This document shows positions 1 to 11,293 of a stretch of 64,000 bases of DNA, piece by piece. The notes under the pieces were generated by a model. The model was not told where the DNA came from. It worked only from the letters and a program-made list of their open reading frames with translations, and did no database searches. Both the position numbers and the translations under genes were made by a program. Location of the stretch: positions 1,344,001 through 1,408,000 of the forward strand of contig CP000068.1 of NCBI GenBank assembly GCA_000002445.1, given 5' to 3'. Source of the DNA: Trypanosoma brucei. Taxonomy: Eukaryota. Position 1 is the first letter of the stretch. Each line of letters opens with the position of its first letter.

Positions 1-933
1 TACAGGTGTTATGAAGTGAAGACGGTTGGGGACTCATTCATGATCGCGTGCAAGAGTGCATTTGCCGCATCGAGTCTTGCCCAAGGCCTGCAGCAACGGT
101 TTTTGTCTGCAGACTGGGGAACCAGTGCCTTCGACGAGTCCTATCGTGAGTTTGAGCAGCAGCGTGCAGATGACGACAATGAATACAAACCGCCGTCCGC
201 GCGCCTCGACCCCGAAGTGTACCGGTCTCTCTGGAAAGGTCTACGCGTACGTATCGGGATACACACCGGACTGTGCGAAATCCGACAAGATGAAGTGACG
301 AAGGGCTACGACTACTACGGGAAGGTGACAGACATGGCCGCGCGGACGGAGAGCGTTGCGAACGGTGGCCAGGTAGTACTGACGCAAGCAACGTACTTTG
401 CACTGAGCACAGCAGAGCGTGAACAGTTCGATGTGGTCTCCCTTGGCCGCATACCACTTGCTGGTGCGCCCCAACCTATGGAAGTATACCAGTTGAACGC
501 GGTGCCCGGCCGTACCTTCGCTGCTCTTCGCCTTGACCGCGAGTTTGGCGACGACTTTGAAGATAGAATGAGTACCTCCACTGGAGACTCGAGTTCTCTC
601 CGTAGCGGGATGAATGGAACAACGCAGATGATTGCAAGTTGCCTGCAGGCTGTGCTAGGCACTTTCACTGCAGCACAGCGACAGAAACTGCTGGTGCCTT
701 TGTGCGAACGGTGGCGTGTCACGCTTCCCAGGACCGCACAGCTAACATGGGACGAGGGCTTTTGTGAAGATGTGATTCGTCGGATTTCAGTCAAGGTCGG
801 TCGTGTCGTTGACCTCTGTGCAAACAGCGGTGGTGAGCGTACCGTCAGTACGCTGAGAAGTGCGTCTGTGATTATAATGTCGAACCGGCTTCGGGAATTT
901 GAGGCAGAGGCAACCCAGAGCCCTGAAGCTTAG
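1..933 (+). CDS. Receptor-type adenylate cyclase (GRESAG4/ESAG4-like), 3' portion of the upstream array copy; 5'-truncated by the window edge
   Basis: The reading frame is open from nucleotide 1 (YRCYEVKTVGDSFMIACKS...). The 305 aa are identical to the C-terminus of the full-length cyclase at 3737..7468, and the segment includes the class III cyclase catalytic core. Confidence 0.88.
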   Translation, partial: YRCYEVKTVGDSFMIACKSAFAASSLAQGLQQRFLSADWGTSAFDESYREFEQQRADDDNEYKPPSARLDPEVYRSLWKGLRVRIGIHTGLCEIRQDEVTKGYDYYGKVTDMAARTESVANGGQVVLTQATYFALSTAEREQFDVVSLGRIPLAGAPQPMEVYQLNAVPGRTFAALRLDREFGDDFEDRMSTSTGDSSSLRSGMNGTTQMIASCLQAVLGTFTAAQRQKLLVPLCERWRVTLPRTAQLTWDEGFCEDVIRRISVKVGRVVDLCANSGGERTVSTLRSASVIIMSNRLREFEAEATQSPEA

Positions 934-2452
934 CGAAATAATGCACACTGCAGTTTTCTTTGTCTCACTTGGTTTTCCACTTTTCGTGTATATACACATA
1001 GCTTATTACATTCGCAATGCGCAATAGTTGACTAGTTGTTTCATCTACAATTTGTATACTCATACCTTAAATGGGGGCAGGGACATGTACCCGCCTCTTC
1101 TTGATTTCTTATTAACTGATTCACTTCTTTTCTGTCTATTTTATTTTCGACGTGGCAATGAGCAAATGTGTCTAGTCCCGTTCCTTCTTCCTTTCTTTTT
1201 TTCGTGAAGAATGCTGAAGCGGCAAGCAACCTCGTCAGGGTATTTGCTGGTTTTCGGTTCTGTTCTTCCGTAATCGTTTTCCCTCTCTATCCGTTGTGGC
1301 ATGTTTACTGGGAAGATGTTCAACTCCTTTCTCTAACGTTCCCCCGTCGCCACCGCTTCTCATCTACCTTTGATTTTTTTATTTTTTGGAGCAGGTGTTG
1401 CTAATAGTATGCGTGTTCGAGATCTGTCATTATTATTGTTATTATCATCACTGCTTTGTTGATTCCTGTTTGTAATCCCACTGCATTGTGACGCAATATC
1501 TCCAACTGAACCTTTGCAAGTGTCCATGCAACACCGTCGTGTTTGCTTCTGCATCCGACTGTTTTACCTCACCTGTTACTCCTTTCTTTCTTTTGGGGTT
1601 GTCAGTTATTAGTGGGGCGATGCCGCTCGTGGCCGTTGTAGCGTTGTTTTTTTTTCCTATGCCGCATGTACCTCCATAACGTCCCTAGTGGTTCAAAGGT
1701 ACGGTAAACTGATCCTGTCCATCAGAGGAGAGGGGAGAGCGAGGTGTGGTTGCTGCTTGAACCGCTGCACATAAATTACCAGTGAGGCGCATAAATATCG
1801 GGGTGATGACACTCCGTGTTGCGTGTGCATATGTCACTTTTGTTGGCTTCTGCTTGCGTGAACTCACAAGGAACCGCTGCTGTTTTCATCCCGGTTGTGG
1901 CGTCTGGTGTGTTACCTCCTCCTTTTTTTTATTTTTGCAGGGGGGTGGGTGCCACTACACGGCAGCTCTCGTCCATTGGTCTGTAGTTGTGCGATTTTAT
2001 TTGATATTCGCTGCGGTTGTGGTGCTGTCAGCACTGCTATTGGCAGGTAACAAAACGTTAGGTGCGCATTCTTCCTCTATGAGATCAAAAAGTTGTTTAC
2101 TACAGTATTTTGAATTTTGGGGGAGTGGGGAGAGGTACGTAAGGCAAATAAAAGAAAAGTGAGTTATTGGTAATTTAAGTCTCGCTGGTCCAATGTGTTG
2201 GGGTTCTCAGTTTATCTCTTTCTGTGGTATCTAGGTGTTAATAACAACAGAAGAGGGTTATCAAGAAAACAGGCTGACGTCACCACTATGAACACTCCCT
2301 TCACTTTAATGCAGGCACTGCATGGAAAGGTTAAAAGTATGGAGGGAATTTGTTTATTAATCCCACTGTACTGTGTTGGTGGATGAATTGTGAAAAACAT
2401 TATGCGTGTTCTTACCTTTTTTTGCTGACTCTCACAATTCCGTGCGGTGCAG
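1..2452 (+). repeat. Direct repeat, copy 1 (near-identical to 6536..8987): adenylate cyclase 3' end plus ~1.5 kb of 3' flank. It is a tandem-array unit with period 6535 bp
   Basis: Positions 1-2452 match 6536-8987 base for base. I saw one substitution (1537 C vs 8072 T). Homology breaks at ~2452/8987, after the shared '...actctcacaa(t/a)tccgtg'. Confidence 0.9.
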
Positions 2453-3568
2453 TGGAGTTCATTACGATTGATGAGACAGCTTAATGCTAAATGATCTTAT
2501 CATAAAATGTTATAATTTCATTTTTTTTTCGTTTCTCAAATTATAATTTTCATTTTCCATGGAAATATCGTCTTTTTTTGTTTAAAAAAAATGAAGCAAA
2601 TGTTATAACATCCTGCTTTATTATTATTGTTGTTGTTGTTTTTGAACCACTGAATCAACGTGTGCCGGATGCTTTGTCATGTGTTTCACATTTTTTTTGG
2701 GGGGGTGGTTAAATTTATTTTTTTTCTTTGGACTGTATTTGTGGCTTCACGTTAATCTTTATTTTTAGCAGAGGACGCAACGAGAACTTGGTCTGGTTCG
2801 GAAGAAGATGTTTTTCTCCTACTTGTGGCTGTGCTTTTTGAGATATTGAAGTTTTTTCTTTTCAAAGATTGAGATGAGGAAATTTATTGCAAACAATGTT
2901 TAACATTCTGAAAGGTTATTTTGTTCATCTTTCCGGAAAGGGGAAGAGTGATTTTGGCCCTTAATCGACCGTGCTTGTGCTCCCAATGGGCGGATGATAG
3001 CAAAAATAAGAGACTTATGTTAAGAAATCATGAGAGGTGGTTCGAAGAAGAAGTTGAAAGTGACTAACTCATTTAAACGATGGAGCTGCTACACATCCTC
3101 TCATATCATGTTTTGTAGATGTCAGAGGGTGCATGTTACTTGATAGAACGTGAATACACTGAAACCTTTAAGCTTCTGTTTGAGGCATCGGAGAACGGCG
3201 TGGTTATAGGATCCTCTGTAATTCGCGGGGTACCAGTAACAAAAACGTTCGGTTCCATTGCCTCAAGCTTGTTACATACAATACTCGAATACCATTTCAA
3301 GGAAGTAAATGCCTCACTTGTCAAAATATACTTCGTGTTGAGCCTTTTCCCTTTCCCCTTGGTGGATGCTTGTTCTTCAAAAGGGATATCGCGGGACGTA
3401 TGCTTGGTTTTATGTTAGTTTGTGCGGTGTACGGAAATATCTAATATGGAATATGTCGCCCTCTTTGGCATTGTTCCCATTGTTATTTTGTTTACACGGT
3501 TGCGCATTTTGTCTGATTCCTTGTCAACCTTAGTACTGTATTTTCCTTTAGTTCCTGCAGCAACATTT

Positions 3569-3587
3569 GTGTGTGTGTGTGTGTGTG
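3569..3587. repeat. (GT)n microsatellite
   Basis: gtgtgtgtgtgtgtgtgtg read directly in the sequence. Confidence 0.9.
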
Positions 3588-3736
3588 GCATTGATTCATT
3601 ATGGTACACTGTGTGTTGGTTGAGCATTCTTCGTTTTAGTTGGTGTCTGCGTTTTGTTTGGGATTGTTTACTTTGTTCTTTGTAGGACGTTTAGTTTACC
3701 TGTTTCACTAGCAGTACCGGCCAAAGTTTCCAAATT

Positions 3737-6700
3737 ATGATTTCCATTCATCAGTCGATTCTCTTCGGTCGCGATGTTTCACGGGTCCGCATGGAGAATA
3801 GTCCCGTGCCGTGTATCAACCAGTTTCGCTGCCGCCTTACCATGTCATCGTTGTCGCTACTTTTGGTGTTTCTTGTGGTGGTTATGCCGCCGGTGGAAGC
3901 TTTGGATAATATAACGGTAAAGGTTTACTCACTTCTGTATCACCCTTTTGTTGGGAGGAGACTAATCGATTCTATGAATGCCGGTTTCAACGCGTCAATG
4001 GCAGCCCGTCAATGGACCGTTGCCCCAGGCATCAATGTTGAAGTTATCCACCCTGCATCGTATAGAATTCCGGGTCCGAGGTTCTTGCAGAGGGCAATAA
4101 ATGATAACAAGGATGAATTCTTTGTTGTGGTGGGACCGATGGGTGACGGTCAGTTGGCTGCCTCTCGTTCATTCTTGCAGAAGGAAAATTTGGTTGCATT
4201 TGCTCCATCCACTGGGGCAAGCTCTGTGCGCGGTTGGAGTCCCAACATCTACTTCCTGCGTGTGTCACCCACTGTCGAGCTTATTGCATTGATGCGTTTT
4301 GCTGTAACTCACCTGCGTTTACTACGGATCGGCTTCATGTACCTGCAGGGTCTCACCTTTGGGGATAGTGAATATGAGGTGGCCATAAAACTAATGTCTC
4401 ATTTGGGACGCGAGTTATGTGGTGTTTTCACAGTGGCAAGCTCGCATGGCAAAGGTGCAGCTGACTCCGATTTTGATGCCGTGTGGGACAAGTTCGTGGT
4501 GACCCGTCCACAGGGTGTGATCATGTTTGCTCCACCAGCAAAAGATGTGGTAAGATTTGTAGTAAAGATGCTGAATGACAGTCGTACCCAAGACGCCTAC
4601 TTTCTTGCTTCTTCGGTACTCGAATTGACGATTGCCTCTTGGAGCAGCGATATTGAGGCAGTCAATACAGCACTTGATCTCGGGCAGATTGTGCTCTCGC
4701 GCACGAATCCGCTGGCGACGGACACACAATACCAAGCAATCAGGCGTTTTCAGGACGATGCGAGATCATACCTGAGTGCTAATCCGGGCGTAACTATCTT
4801 CAGCGGCGCAGACGACTTCGAGCATCATTATGTGGATGGGAAGCTTATGGTGTATGGGTGGATCGTTGGTGAGGTGCTGTCACAGGCCCTGAGGAGTCGT
4901 GCCTGGATTAAGGACAGGGAGACCTTCAAGAAGTCTCTGTATAGTCAACGTCGGTACGCCGTCGATGAGCTTGTGTTTGGTGACTTTGGTGGTGAGTGTG
5001 AGGGTACAGCAGGTGAGCGCGGTGCTGTGTGTAACTGTAATCAGGGAGGAAACGTAGTGTACATCAACGTTGCTGGGAGGGATAATGTCTTGGAGGTGAT
5101 ACATGATGGACAGGTAGTTGTCGATTCATCACTCTGTTACCACGACGAGGTTCGGTTGCATTCCCCTGTGAATGGTTTATTGGTATTCATGCAGGATGAT
5201 CCGGTTGCGCAAAATGCGGCTGAGGAAATATATGATGGCGCCATTCCTCTCACTGGTGATGGCCGTCTGGGGCAAACTGATCGTTTTTTCTTACATATGC
5301 TGACATCAGAAACGGCTGAAGCATCCTCAGAGTTAGAGTCAGAATTGGGCACCAGGGCAGTGACGGCTGTGTTTGGAGTTGCCGATGATGCTATGCTATC
5401 CCTACAAACTACTGCTTTCATTGACCCCATCTCTCTCCTCCCGGGGTTACCTCATAGAGGGAGGAAAGTTATTTACCTATCTCCGACACTGGAGCAGCAG
5501 CTATTCGCGCTGGTAAAATATTTTGTCGGGTCAGGTTCTACGGTAGTGCACGCTGTCGTCTGCCGTGGTGATGTGGTTTCGATTGAAAGATTGCTTTATC
5601 TGATGTTGATGACTTTTGGCGGGCACATGGGAACAGTGGTAGGGCCTGATAGCAGTACAGATCTGGAAGGTTCGATGCCAGAAACCGGTGATGTGCTTGT
5701 CATAGGCCTGTCCAAGGACGACGTTGCCGTGGTAGCGTCTCACCTGGATCGTAACCCGGATGTTCGTGTCGCTGTCCTGTTCTTTGACGTAGCCCTACTA
5801 TACATTGAGTTTGTCAAAGCTTTCAAGAGCAGTTCAAGCGGTGGTCGGCTTCTTTTTGCAACGAGTCTGCCTCACTGGGCAGAGGCTAACTCGACTTCGG
5901 CTACTGTACAGAAGTTTCACGCGGCAGTGCCTGATTCGCCACGGTGGACACCTTTGTCACTGCTTGGTTTCGCGACCGGAAGATTCATTCAAACGCTGCT
6001 CTTTCATATGGACAAAGTGACACCGGATTCTATAATCAATGCAATATATACTCTCTCGGTCGTAAACAGCGACGACATGCGGTATGGTCCGTTCGTGGAG
6101 GAGCGATGCCCTTCAACCAAAGATGCGCCGGAGGGCGGCGACCACTTCTGTGGTAAGAATTATGGTGCGAGGCGACTTTCTGTGTGGTCGATGGACCGTG
6201 CGCTGAACGCTTCGGTGGCACCGCTGACATCGGGCGCAACGCCGTCTTTGGTGTACATAGACCCGTATTCGAAGGTGTTGTCAGGCGGCCGACTTGCCGG
6301 TGTCATCGTTGGAGTTCTTTTCATTTTACTGTTGCTTGTTGCTCTTTTGCTAGTGCTTCTTTGTCTGCGCCGCAGCGCACGCGACAATGACAGCGCGCCC
6401 AAGGAGCCAGCGGACCCTGTGACGCTAATTTTTACAGATGTAGAAAGCAGTACTGCACAATGGGCAGCACATCCCGAGCTGATGCCCGATGCTGTGGCCG
6501 CGCATCACCGTTTGATTCGCTCGCTGATCACCCACTACAGGTGTTATGAAGTGAAGACGGTTGGGGACTCATTCATGATCGCGTGCAAGAGTGCATTTGC
6601 CGCATCGAGTCTTGCCCAAGGCCTGCAGCAACGGTTTTTGTCTGCAGACTGGGGAACCAGTGCCTTCGACGAGTCCTATCGTGAGTTTGAGCAGCAGCGT

Positions 6701-7468
6701 GCAGATGACGACAATGAATACAAACCGCCGTCCGCGCGCCTCGACCCCGAAGTGTACCGGTCTCTCTGGAAAGGTCTACGCGTACGTATCGGGATACACA
6801 CCGGACTGTGCGAAATCCGACAAGATGAAGTGACGAAGGGCTACGACTACTACGGGAAGGTGACAGACATGGCCGCGCGGACGGAGAGCGTTGCGAACGG
6901 TGGCCAGGTAGTACTGACGCAAGCAACGTACTTTGCACTGAGCACAGCAGAGCGTGAACAGTTCGATGTGGTCTCCCTTGGCCGCATACCACTTGCTGGT
7001 GCGCCCCAACCTATGGAAGTATACCAGTTGAACGCGGTGCCCGGCCGTACCTTCGCTGCTCTTCGCCTTGACCGCGAGTTTGGCGACGACTTTGAAGATA
7101 GAATGAGTACCTCCACTGGAGACTCGAGTTCTCTCCGTAGCGGGATGAATGGAACAACGCAGATGATTGCAAGTTGCCTGCAGGCTGTGCTAGGCACTTT
7201 CACTGCAGCACAGCGACAGAAACTGCTGGTGCCTTTGTGCGAACGGTGGCGTGTCACGCTTCCCAGGACCGCACAGCTAACATGGGACGAGGGCTTTTGT
7301 GAAGATGTGATTCGTCGGATTTCAGTCAAGGTCGGTCGTGTCGTTGACCTCTGTGCAAACAGCGGTGGTGAGCGTACCGTCAGTACGCTGAGAAGTGCGT
7401 CTGTGATTATAATGTCGAACCGGCTTCGGGAATTTGAGGCAGAGGCAACCCAGAGCCCTGAAGCTTAG
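3737..7468 (+). CDS. GRESAG4: Receptor-type adenylate cyclase (ESAG4/GRESAG4 family), full length
   Basis: 1243-aa ORF. A signal peptide (MSSLSLLLVFLVVVMPPVEA) sits after two upstream in-frame ATGs. A large extracellular region resembles a periplasmic-binding-protein fold, followed by a single TM (VIVGVLFILLLLVALLLVLLCL), then a class III cyclase catalytic domain (TLIFTDVESST...KTVGDSFMIA). The architecture is typical of trypanosome receptor cyclases. Confidence 0.9.
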   Translation: MISIHQSILFGRDVSRVRMENSPVPCINQFRCRLTMSSLSLLLVFLVVVMPPVEALDNITVKVYSLLYHPFVGRRLIDSMNAGFNASMAARQWTVAPGINVEVIHPASYRIPGPRFLQRAINDNKDEFFVVVGPMGDGQLAASRSFLQKENLVAFAPSTGASSVRGWSPNIYFLRVSPTVELIALMRFAVTHLRLLRIGFMYLQGLTFGDSEYEVAIKLMSHLGRELCGVFTVASSHGKGAADSDFDAVWDKFVVTRPQGVIMFAPPAKDVVRFVVKMLNDSRTQDAYFLASSVLELTIASWSSDIEAVNTALDLGQIVLSRTNPLATDTQYQAIRRFQDDARSYLSANPGVTIFSGADDFEHHYVDGKLMVYGWIVGEVLSQALRSRAWIKDRETFKKSLYSQRRYAVDELVFGDFGGECEGTAGERGAVCNCNQGGNVVYINVAGRDNVLEVIHDGQVVVDSSLCYHDEVRLHSPVNGLLVFMQDDPVAQNAAEEIYDGAIPLTGDGRLGQTDRFFLHMLTSETAEASSELESELGTRAVTAVFGVADDAMLSLQTTAFIDPISLLPGLPHRGRKVIYLSPTLEQQLFALVKYFVGSGSTVVHAVVCRGDVVSIERLLYLMLMTFGGHMGTVVGPDSSTDLEGSMPETGDVLVIGLSKDDVAVVASHLDRNPDVRVAVLFFDVALLYIEFVKAFKSSSSGGRLLFATSLPHWAEANSTSATVQKFHAAVPDSPRWTPLSLLGFATGRFIQTLLFHMDKVTPDSIINAIYTLSVVNSDDMRYGPFVEERCPSTKDAPEGGDHFCGKNYGARRLSVWSMDRALNASVAPLTSGATPSLVYIDPYSKVLSGGRLAGVIVGVLFILLLLVALLLVLLCLRRSARDNDSAPKEPADPVTLIFTDVESSTAQWAAHPELMPDAVAAHHRLIRSLITHYRCYEVKTVGDSFMIACKSAFAASSLAQGLQQRFLSADWGTSAFDESYREFEQQRADDDNEYKPPSARLDPEVYRSLWKGLRVRIGIHTGLCEIRQDEVTKGYDYYGKVTDMAARTESVANGGQVVLTQATYFALSTAEREQFDVVSLGRIPLAGAPQPMEVYQLNAVPGRTFAALRLDREFGDDFEDRMSTSTGDSSSLRSGMNGTTQMIASCLQAVLGTFTAAQRQKLLVPLCERWRVTLPRTAQLTWDEGFCEDVIRRISVKVGRVVDLCANSGGERTVSTLRSASVIIMSNRLREFEAEATQSPEA

Positions 7469-8987
7469 CGAAATAATGCACACTGCAGTTTTCTTTGTCT
7501 CACTTGGTTTTCCACTTTTCGTGTATATACACATAGCTTATTACATTCGCAATGCGCAATAGTTGACTAGTTGTTTCATCTACAATTTGTATACTCATAC
7601 CTTAAATGGGGGCAGGGACATGTACCCGCCTCTTCTTGATTTCTTATTAACTGATTCACTTCTTTTCTGTCTATTTTATTTTCGACGTGGCAATGAGCAA
7701 ATGTGTCTAGTCCCGTTCCTTCTTCCTTTCTTTTTTTCGTGAAGAATGCTGAAGCGGCAAGCAACCTCGTCAGGGTATTTGCTGGTTTTCGGTTCTGTTC
7801 TTCCGTAATCGTTTTCCCTCTCTATCCGTTGTGGCATGTTTACTGGGAAGATGTTCAACTCCTTTCTCTAACGTTCCCCCGTCGCCACCGCTTCTCATCT
7901 ACCTTTGATTTTTTTATTTTTTGGAGCAGGTGTTGCTAATAGTATGCGTGTTCGAGATCTGTCATTATTATTGTTATTATCATCACTGCTTTGTTGATTC
8001 CTGTTTGTAATCCCACTGCATTGTGACGCAATATCTCCAACTGAACCTTTGCAAGTGTCCATGCAACACCGTCGTGTTTGCTTTTGCATCCGACTGTTTT
8101 ACCTCACCTGTTACTCCTTTCTTTCTTTTGGGGTTGTCAGTTATTAGTGGGGCGATGCCGCTCGTGGCCGTTGTAGCGTTGTTTTTTTTTCCTATGCCGC
8201 ATGTACCTCCATAACGTCCCTAGTGGTTCAAAGGTACGGTAAACTGATCCTGTCCATCAGAGGAGAGGGGAGAGCGAGGTGTGGTTGCTGCTTGAACCGC
8301 TGCACATAAATTACCAGTGAGGCGCATAAATATCGGGGTGATGACACTCCGTGTTGCGTGTGCATATGTCACTTTTGTTGGCTTCTGCTTGCGTGAACTC
8401 ACAAGGAACCGCTGCTGTTTTCATCCCGGTTGTGGCGTCTGGTGTGTTACCTCCTCCTTTTTTTTATTTTTGCAGGGGGGTGGGTGCCACTACACGGCAG
8501 CTCTCGTCCATTGGTCTGTAGTTGTGCGATTTTATTTGATATTCGCTGCGGTTGTGGTGCTGTCAGCACTGCTATTGGCAGGTAACAAAACGTTAGGTGC
8601 GCATTCTTCCTCTATGAGATCAAAAAGTTGTTTACTACAGTATTTTGAATTTTGGGGGAGTGGGGAGAGGTACGTAAGGCAAATAAAAGAAAAGTGAGTT
8701 ATTGGTAATTTAAGTCTCGCTGGTCCAATGTGTTGGGGTTCTCAGTTTATCTCTTTCTGTGGTATCTAGGTGTTAATAACAACAGAAGAGGGTTATCAAG
8801 AAAACAGGCTGACGTCACCACTATGAACACTCCCTTCACTTTAATGCAGGCACTGCATGGAAAGGTTAAAAGTATGGAGGGAATTTGTTTATTAATCCCA
8901 CTGTACTGTGTTGGTGGATGAATTGTGAAAAACATTATGCGTCTTCTTTCTTTTTTTTTTTGCCGACTCTCACAAATCCGTGGTCAG
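6536..8987 (+). repeat. Direct repeat, copy 2 of the adenylate cyclase 3'-end/3'-flank unit
   Basis: Identical to 1..2452 apart from the substitution noted there. Confidence 0.9.
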
Positions 8988-9733
8988 CAGTGCATAAGCA
9001 GTTGCCCGTGCGACTTGTTTGCTGCCGCTTGCCCATGTCACAAGCGAAAGCTTAGGAGCTTTAGTCAATTCTTCTTCTGTCCAATTTACCATATGAAGGT
9101 GGAAGGCAAGTGCCAGTGATCTCATATGGTTTGTCGGAGTGTTCGATGGTGTGTTGTGTTGATTAAGTATGTTTTCCTCTTTCTATGCTGGAGAACCGTA
9201 TGGCGGATGCCACTTCTTTCAATATTTGCACATCGGTATAGCTCTTACTAAACTAACATGGAAAGCATTTTTAAATATCGTAGAATAGTGCTTGTATACT
9301 TCTTTCTGGCGCTCGCTTTTCTCCCTACCATTTCACTTGGGCCGATAATATTTAGGGTGGAGCTTGCAGTTTTTTCTACCTTTTCTTCTCTCCTGTGTAC
9401 CGCTGTACAGTTTACACATGTATTCATCGGAAACGGTGCACTCTTGCGCCCGCGAAGGCAACCAACTGGCTGCTGTGCTTTTAATTCGAAGAAAAAAATA
9501 ACTCTGTTCATTTTTCGCAACGGTAAAAGTGCCTTCTTCCTTACTTTTCATGACTTTAAAAAGCACATAGCAACCCCAAATACAATTCCTTCCGGAATTA
9601 TTGTACTCATTACCATTATCATTATCATTGGTGTTTTCTCAACTACACTGTGCTAAGAACAGTGGTAACGACGCATTTAACGGCTTAGGGGTCGTTTTAC
9701 GCCGCTTTATTTTTATTTTTTAATCGCGTTCAT

Positions 9734-11293
9734 TTGCAAACAATGGAAACCGCCGTGCCTGTGCGTTATTTCCTTGGGACTCTCATTGAGGCCCCTGCGC
9801 GTGACACCTTAATTTTCGCTCCCCGCTCTCTTGTCTGCGTTGGTGCTGACGGCTGTATTACCGCTGTCCTCCAACCCAATGACATAAAAAATGAAAGCGG
9901 TGTGAGCGGCGGCGGTGGAAGTGGTTGTGGAGGGAAAAGCGACAATGAAACATACGAGCAAACGCTTAAGGAAGCCCGGAGGTCCGGAGCACTCACAGTG
10001 CTGAAAGACCACCAATATCTTCTTCCAGGTCTTATTGATCTCCATGTGCATGCACCGCAGTGGCCCCAGCTTGGAAAGGCGCTTGATCGGCCGCTCGAAA
10101 TATGGCTGCATGAGTATACTTTTCCACTCGAGGCGAAGTACGCCGACCTCGACTTTGCAGCCACATCATACAACTCCCTTGTTTCAACATTATTGGCACA
10201 CGGAACTACGACGGCTGTGTACTTCGCTACAATCCACGTGGATGCAAGTCTTTTGCTGGCACGCGTATGCCTCGAGAAAGGTCAGCGCGCCGTCGTTGGC
10301 CGCGTTGCAATGGATTTGGCATCGCAGTGCCCAGCTTATTACCGGGATGCAAGCCCCCAGGAATCTATTGAACGCTCCGAAATTTTTATTCAGGCTGTCC
10401 GCAAGCTTCCCGGCAATGACAATAGCAGTCCTCTTGTGCTCCCTGCTGTAGTCCCGAGATTTATTCCAACAAGCAGCGATGAGGCGCTTCAGGGTCTTGG
10501 TCGTCTGGTCGCCAAGTACGGCTGCCACGTGCAGTCACACGTGTCGGAGAGCGACTGGGAGCATCACCACGTGTTGGAGCGCTGTGGTAAACCAGACGCC
10601 TTCGCTCTGGATGATGCCGGCCTGCTGACGCGGCGCACGGTCCTCGCTCACGGAAATTTCCTCTCAGATGCGGATATGAAACTTTTGTGTTCTCGTGGTT
10701 CCGCGGTGGCGCACTGTCCGCTTTCGAACTTTTATTTTTCAGGTGCCGTTTTCCCGCTGCGTCGTGCTTTGGACTTCGGGCTGCGCGTCGGTCTCGGGAC
10801 GGATATCTCCGGGGGACCTTCACCTGCAATTTGGGATGCCGCCCGTGATGCCTTAATGGCCGCTCGTGCACTTGAGAGTGGCGTCGACCCAACAACTTCA
10901 AAGGAGGAACGTGGTGGCCGGCGTCATGCCAATCCGGAGCAAAGCAAAGCGGAAGACTCAAACGGAAAAAAGGGGGAAAACCCGCGTGTTGGCGGTTCAG
11001 CTGCAGAGTCACGAGATTCAACTTCATGCCGCATCAATTCTGTGGAGGCCTTTTGGTTGGCGACAACACGTGGAGGTGAGGCTTTGGATCTTAAAGTTGG
11101 TCGGCTCGCCGCTGGATTTCACTTTGATGCAGTTGTTGTGGATGTTTCCGTTCCCACTGGCGGTGTGCACATCTTTCAAGGTCTTGACGGACCCCGTGAC
11201 ATCTTTGACAAAATTGTCTACGGTGCGTCCGCAGCAAACGTTGTTCAGACATATGTGGCCGGCCGCTTGGTCCACGGGAGGGTAGAACTTTAG
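9734..11293 (+). CDS. Guanine deaminase-like metal-dependent amidohydrolase
   Basis: PGLIDLHVHAPQ (the HxH metal-binding motif), EYTFPLE, HGTTTAVYFATIHVDASLLLA, VPRFIPTSS, HVQSHVSESDWE, AHCPLSNFYFSG and GLGTDISGG are colinear with guanine deaminase. There is a Gly-rich insert after the first beta-strand and a charged insert near the C-terminus. Confidence 0.82.
   Translation: MQTMETAVPVRYFLGTLIEAPARDTLIFAPRSLVCVGADGCITAVLQPNDIKNESGVSGGGGSGCGGKSDNETYEQTLKEARRSGALTVLKDHQYLLPGLIDLHVHAPQWPQLGKALDRPLEIWLHEYTFPLEAKYADLDFAATSYNSLVSTLLAHGTTTAVYFATIHVDASLLLARVCLEKGQRAVVGRVAMDLASQCPAYYRDASPQESIERSEIFIQAVRKLPGNDNSSPLVLPAVVPRFIPTSSDEALQGLGRLVAKYGCHVQSHVSESDWEHHHVLERCGKPDAFALDDAGLLTRRTVLAHGNFLSDADMKLLCSRGSAVAHCPLSNFYFSGAVFPLRRALDFGLRVGLGTDISGGPSPAIWDAARDALMAARALESGVDPTTSKEERGGRRHANPEQSKAEDSNGKKGENPRVGGSAAESRDSTSCRINSVEAFWLATTRGGEALDLKVGRLAAGFHFDAVVVDVSVPTGGVHIFQGLDGPRDIFDKIVYGASAANVVQTYVAGRLVHGRVEL

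Noticed and set aside
38-999. Multiple 70-160-aa ORFs antisense to, or out of frame within, the adenylate cyclase, deaminase, glycoprotein and VSG genes (e.g. 315..794 '-', 10461..11027 '-', 14077..14544 '-', 56516..57291 '+')
   Set aside because: They overlap strongly supported genes on the opposite strand or in another frame. They are duplicated exactly with their host gene and have no protein-like features.
9258-9656. 132-aa '+' ORF just upstream of the deaminase gene
   Set aside because: It is hydrophobic and low-complexity, and it sits in the pyrimidine-rich pre-gene region where splice-acceptor signals are expected. It is probably non-coding.
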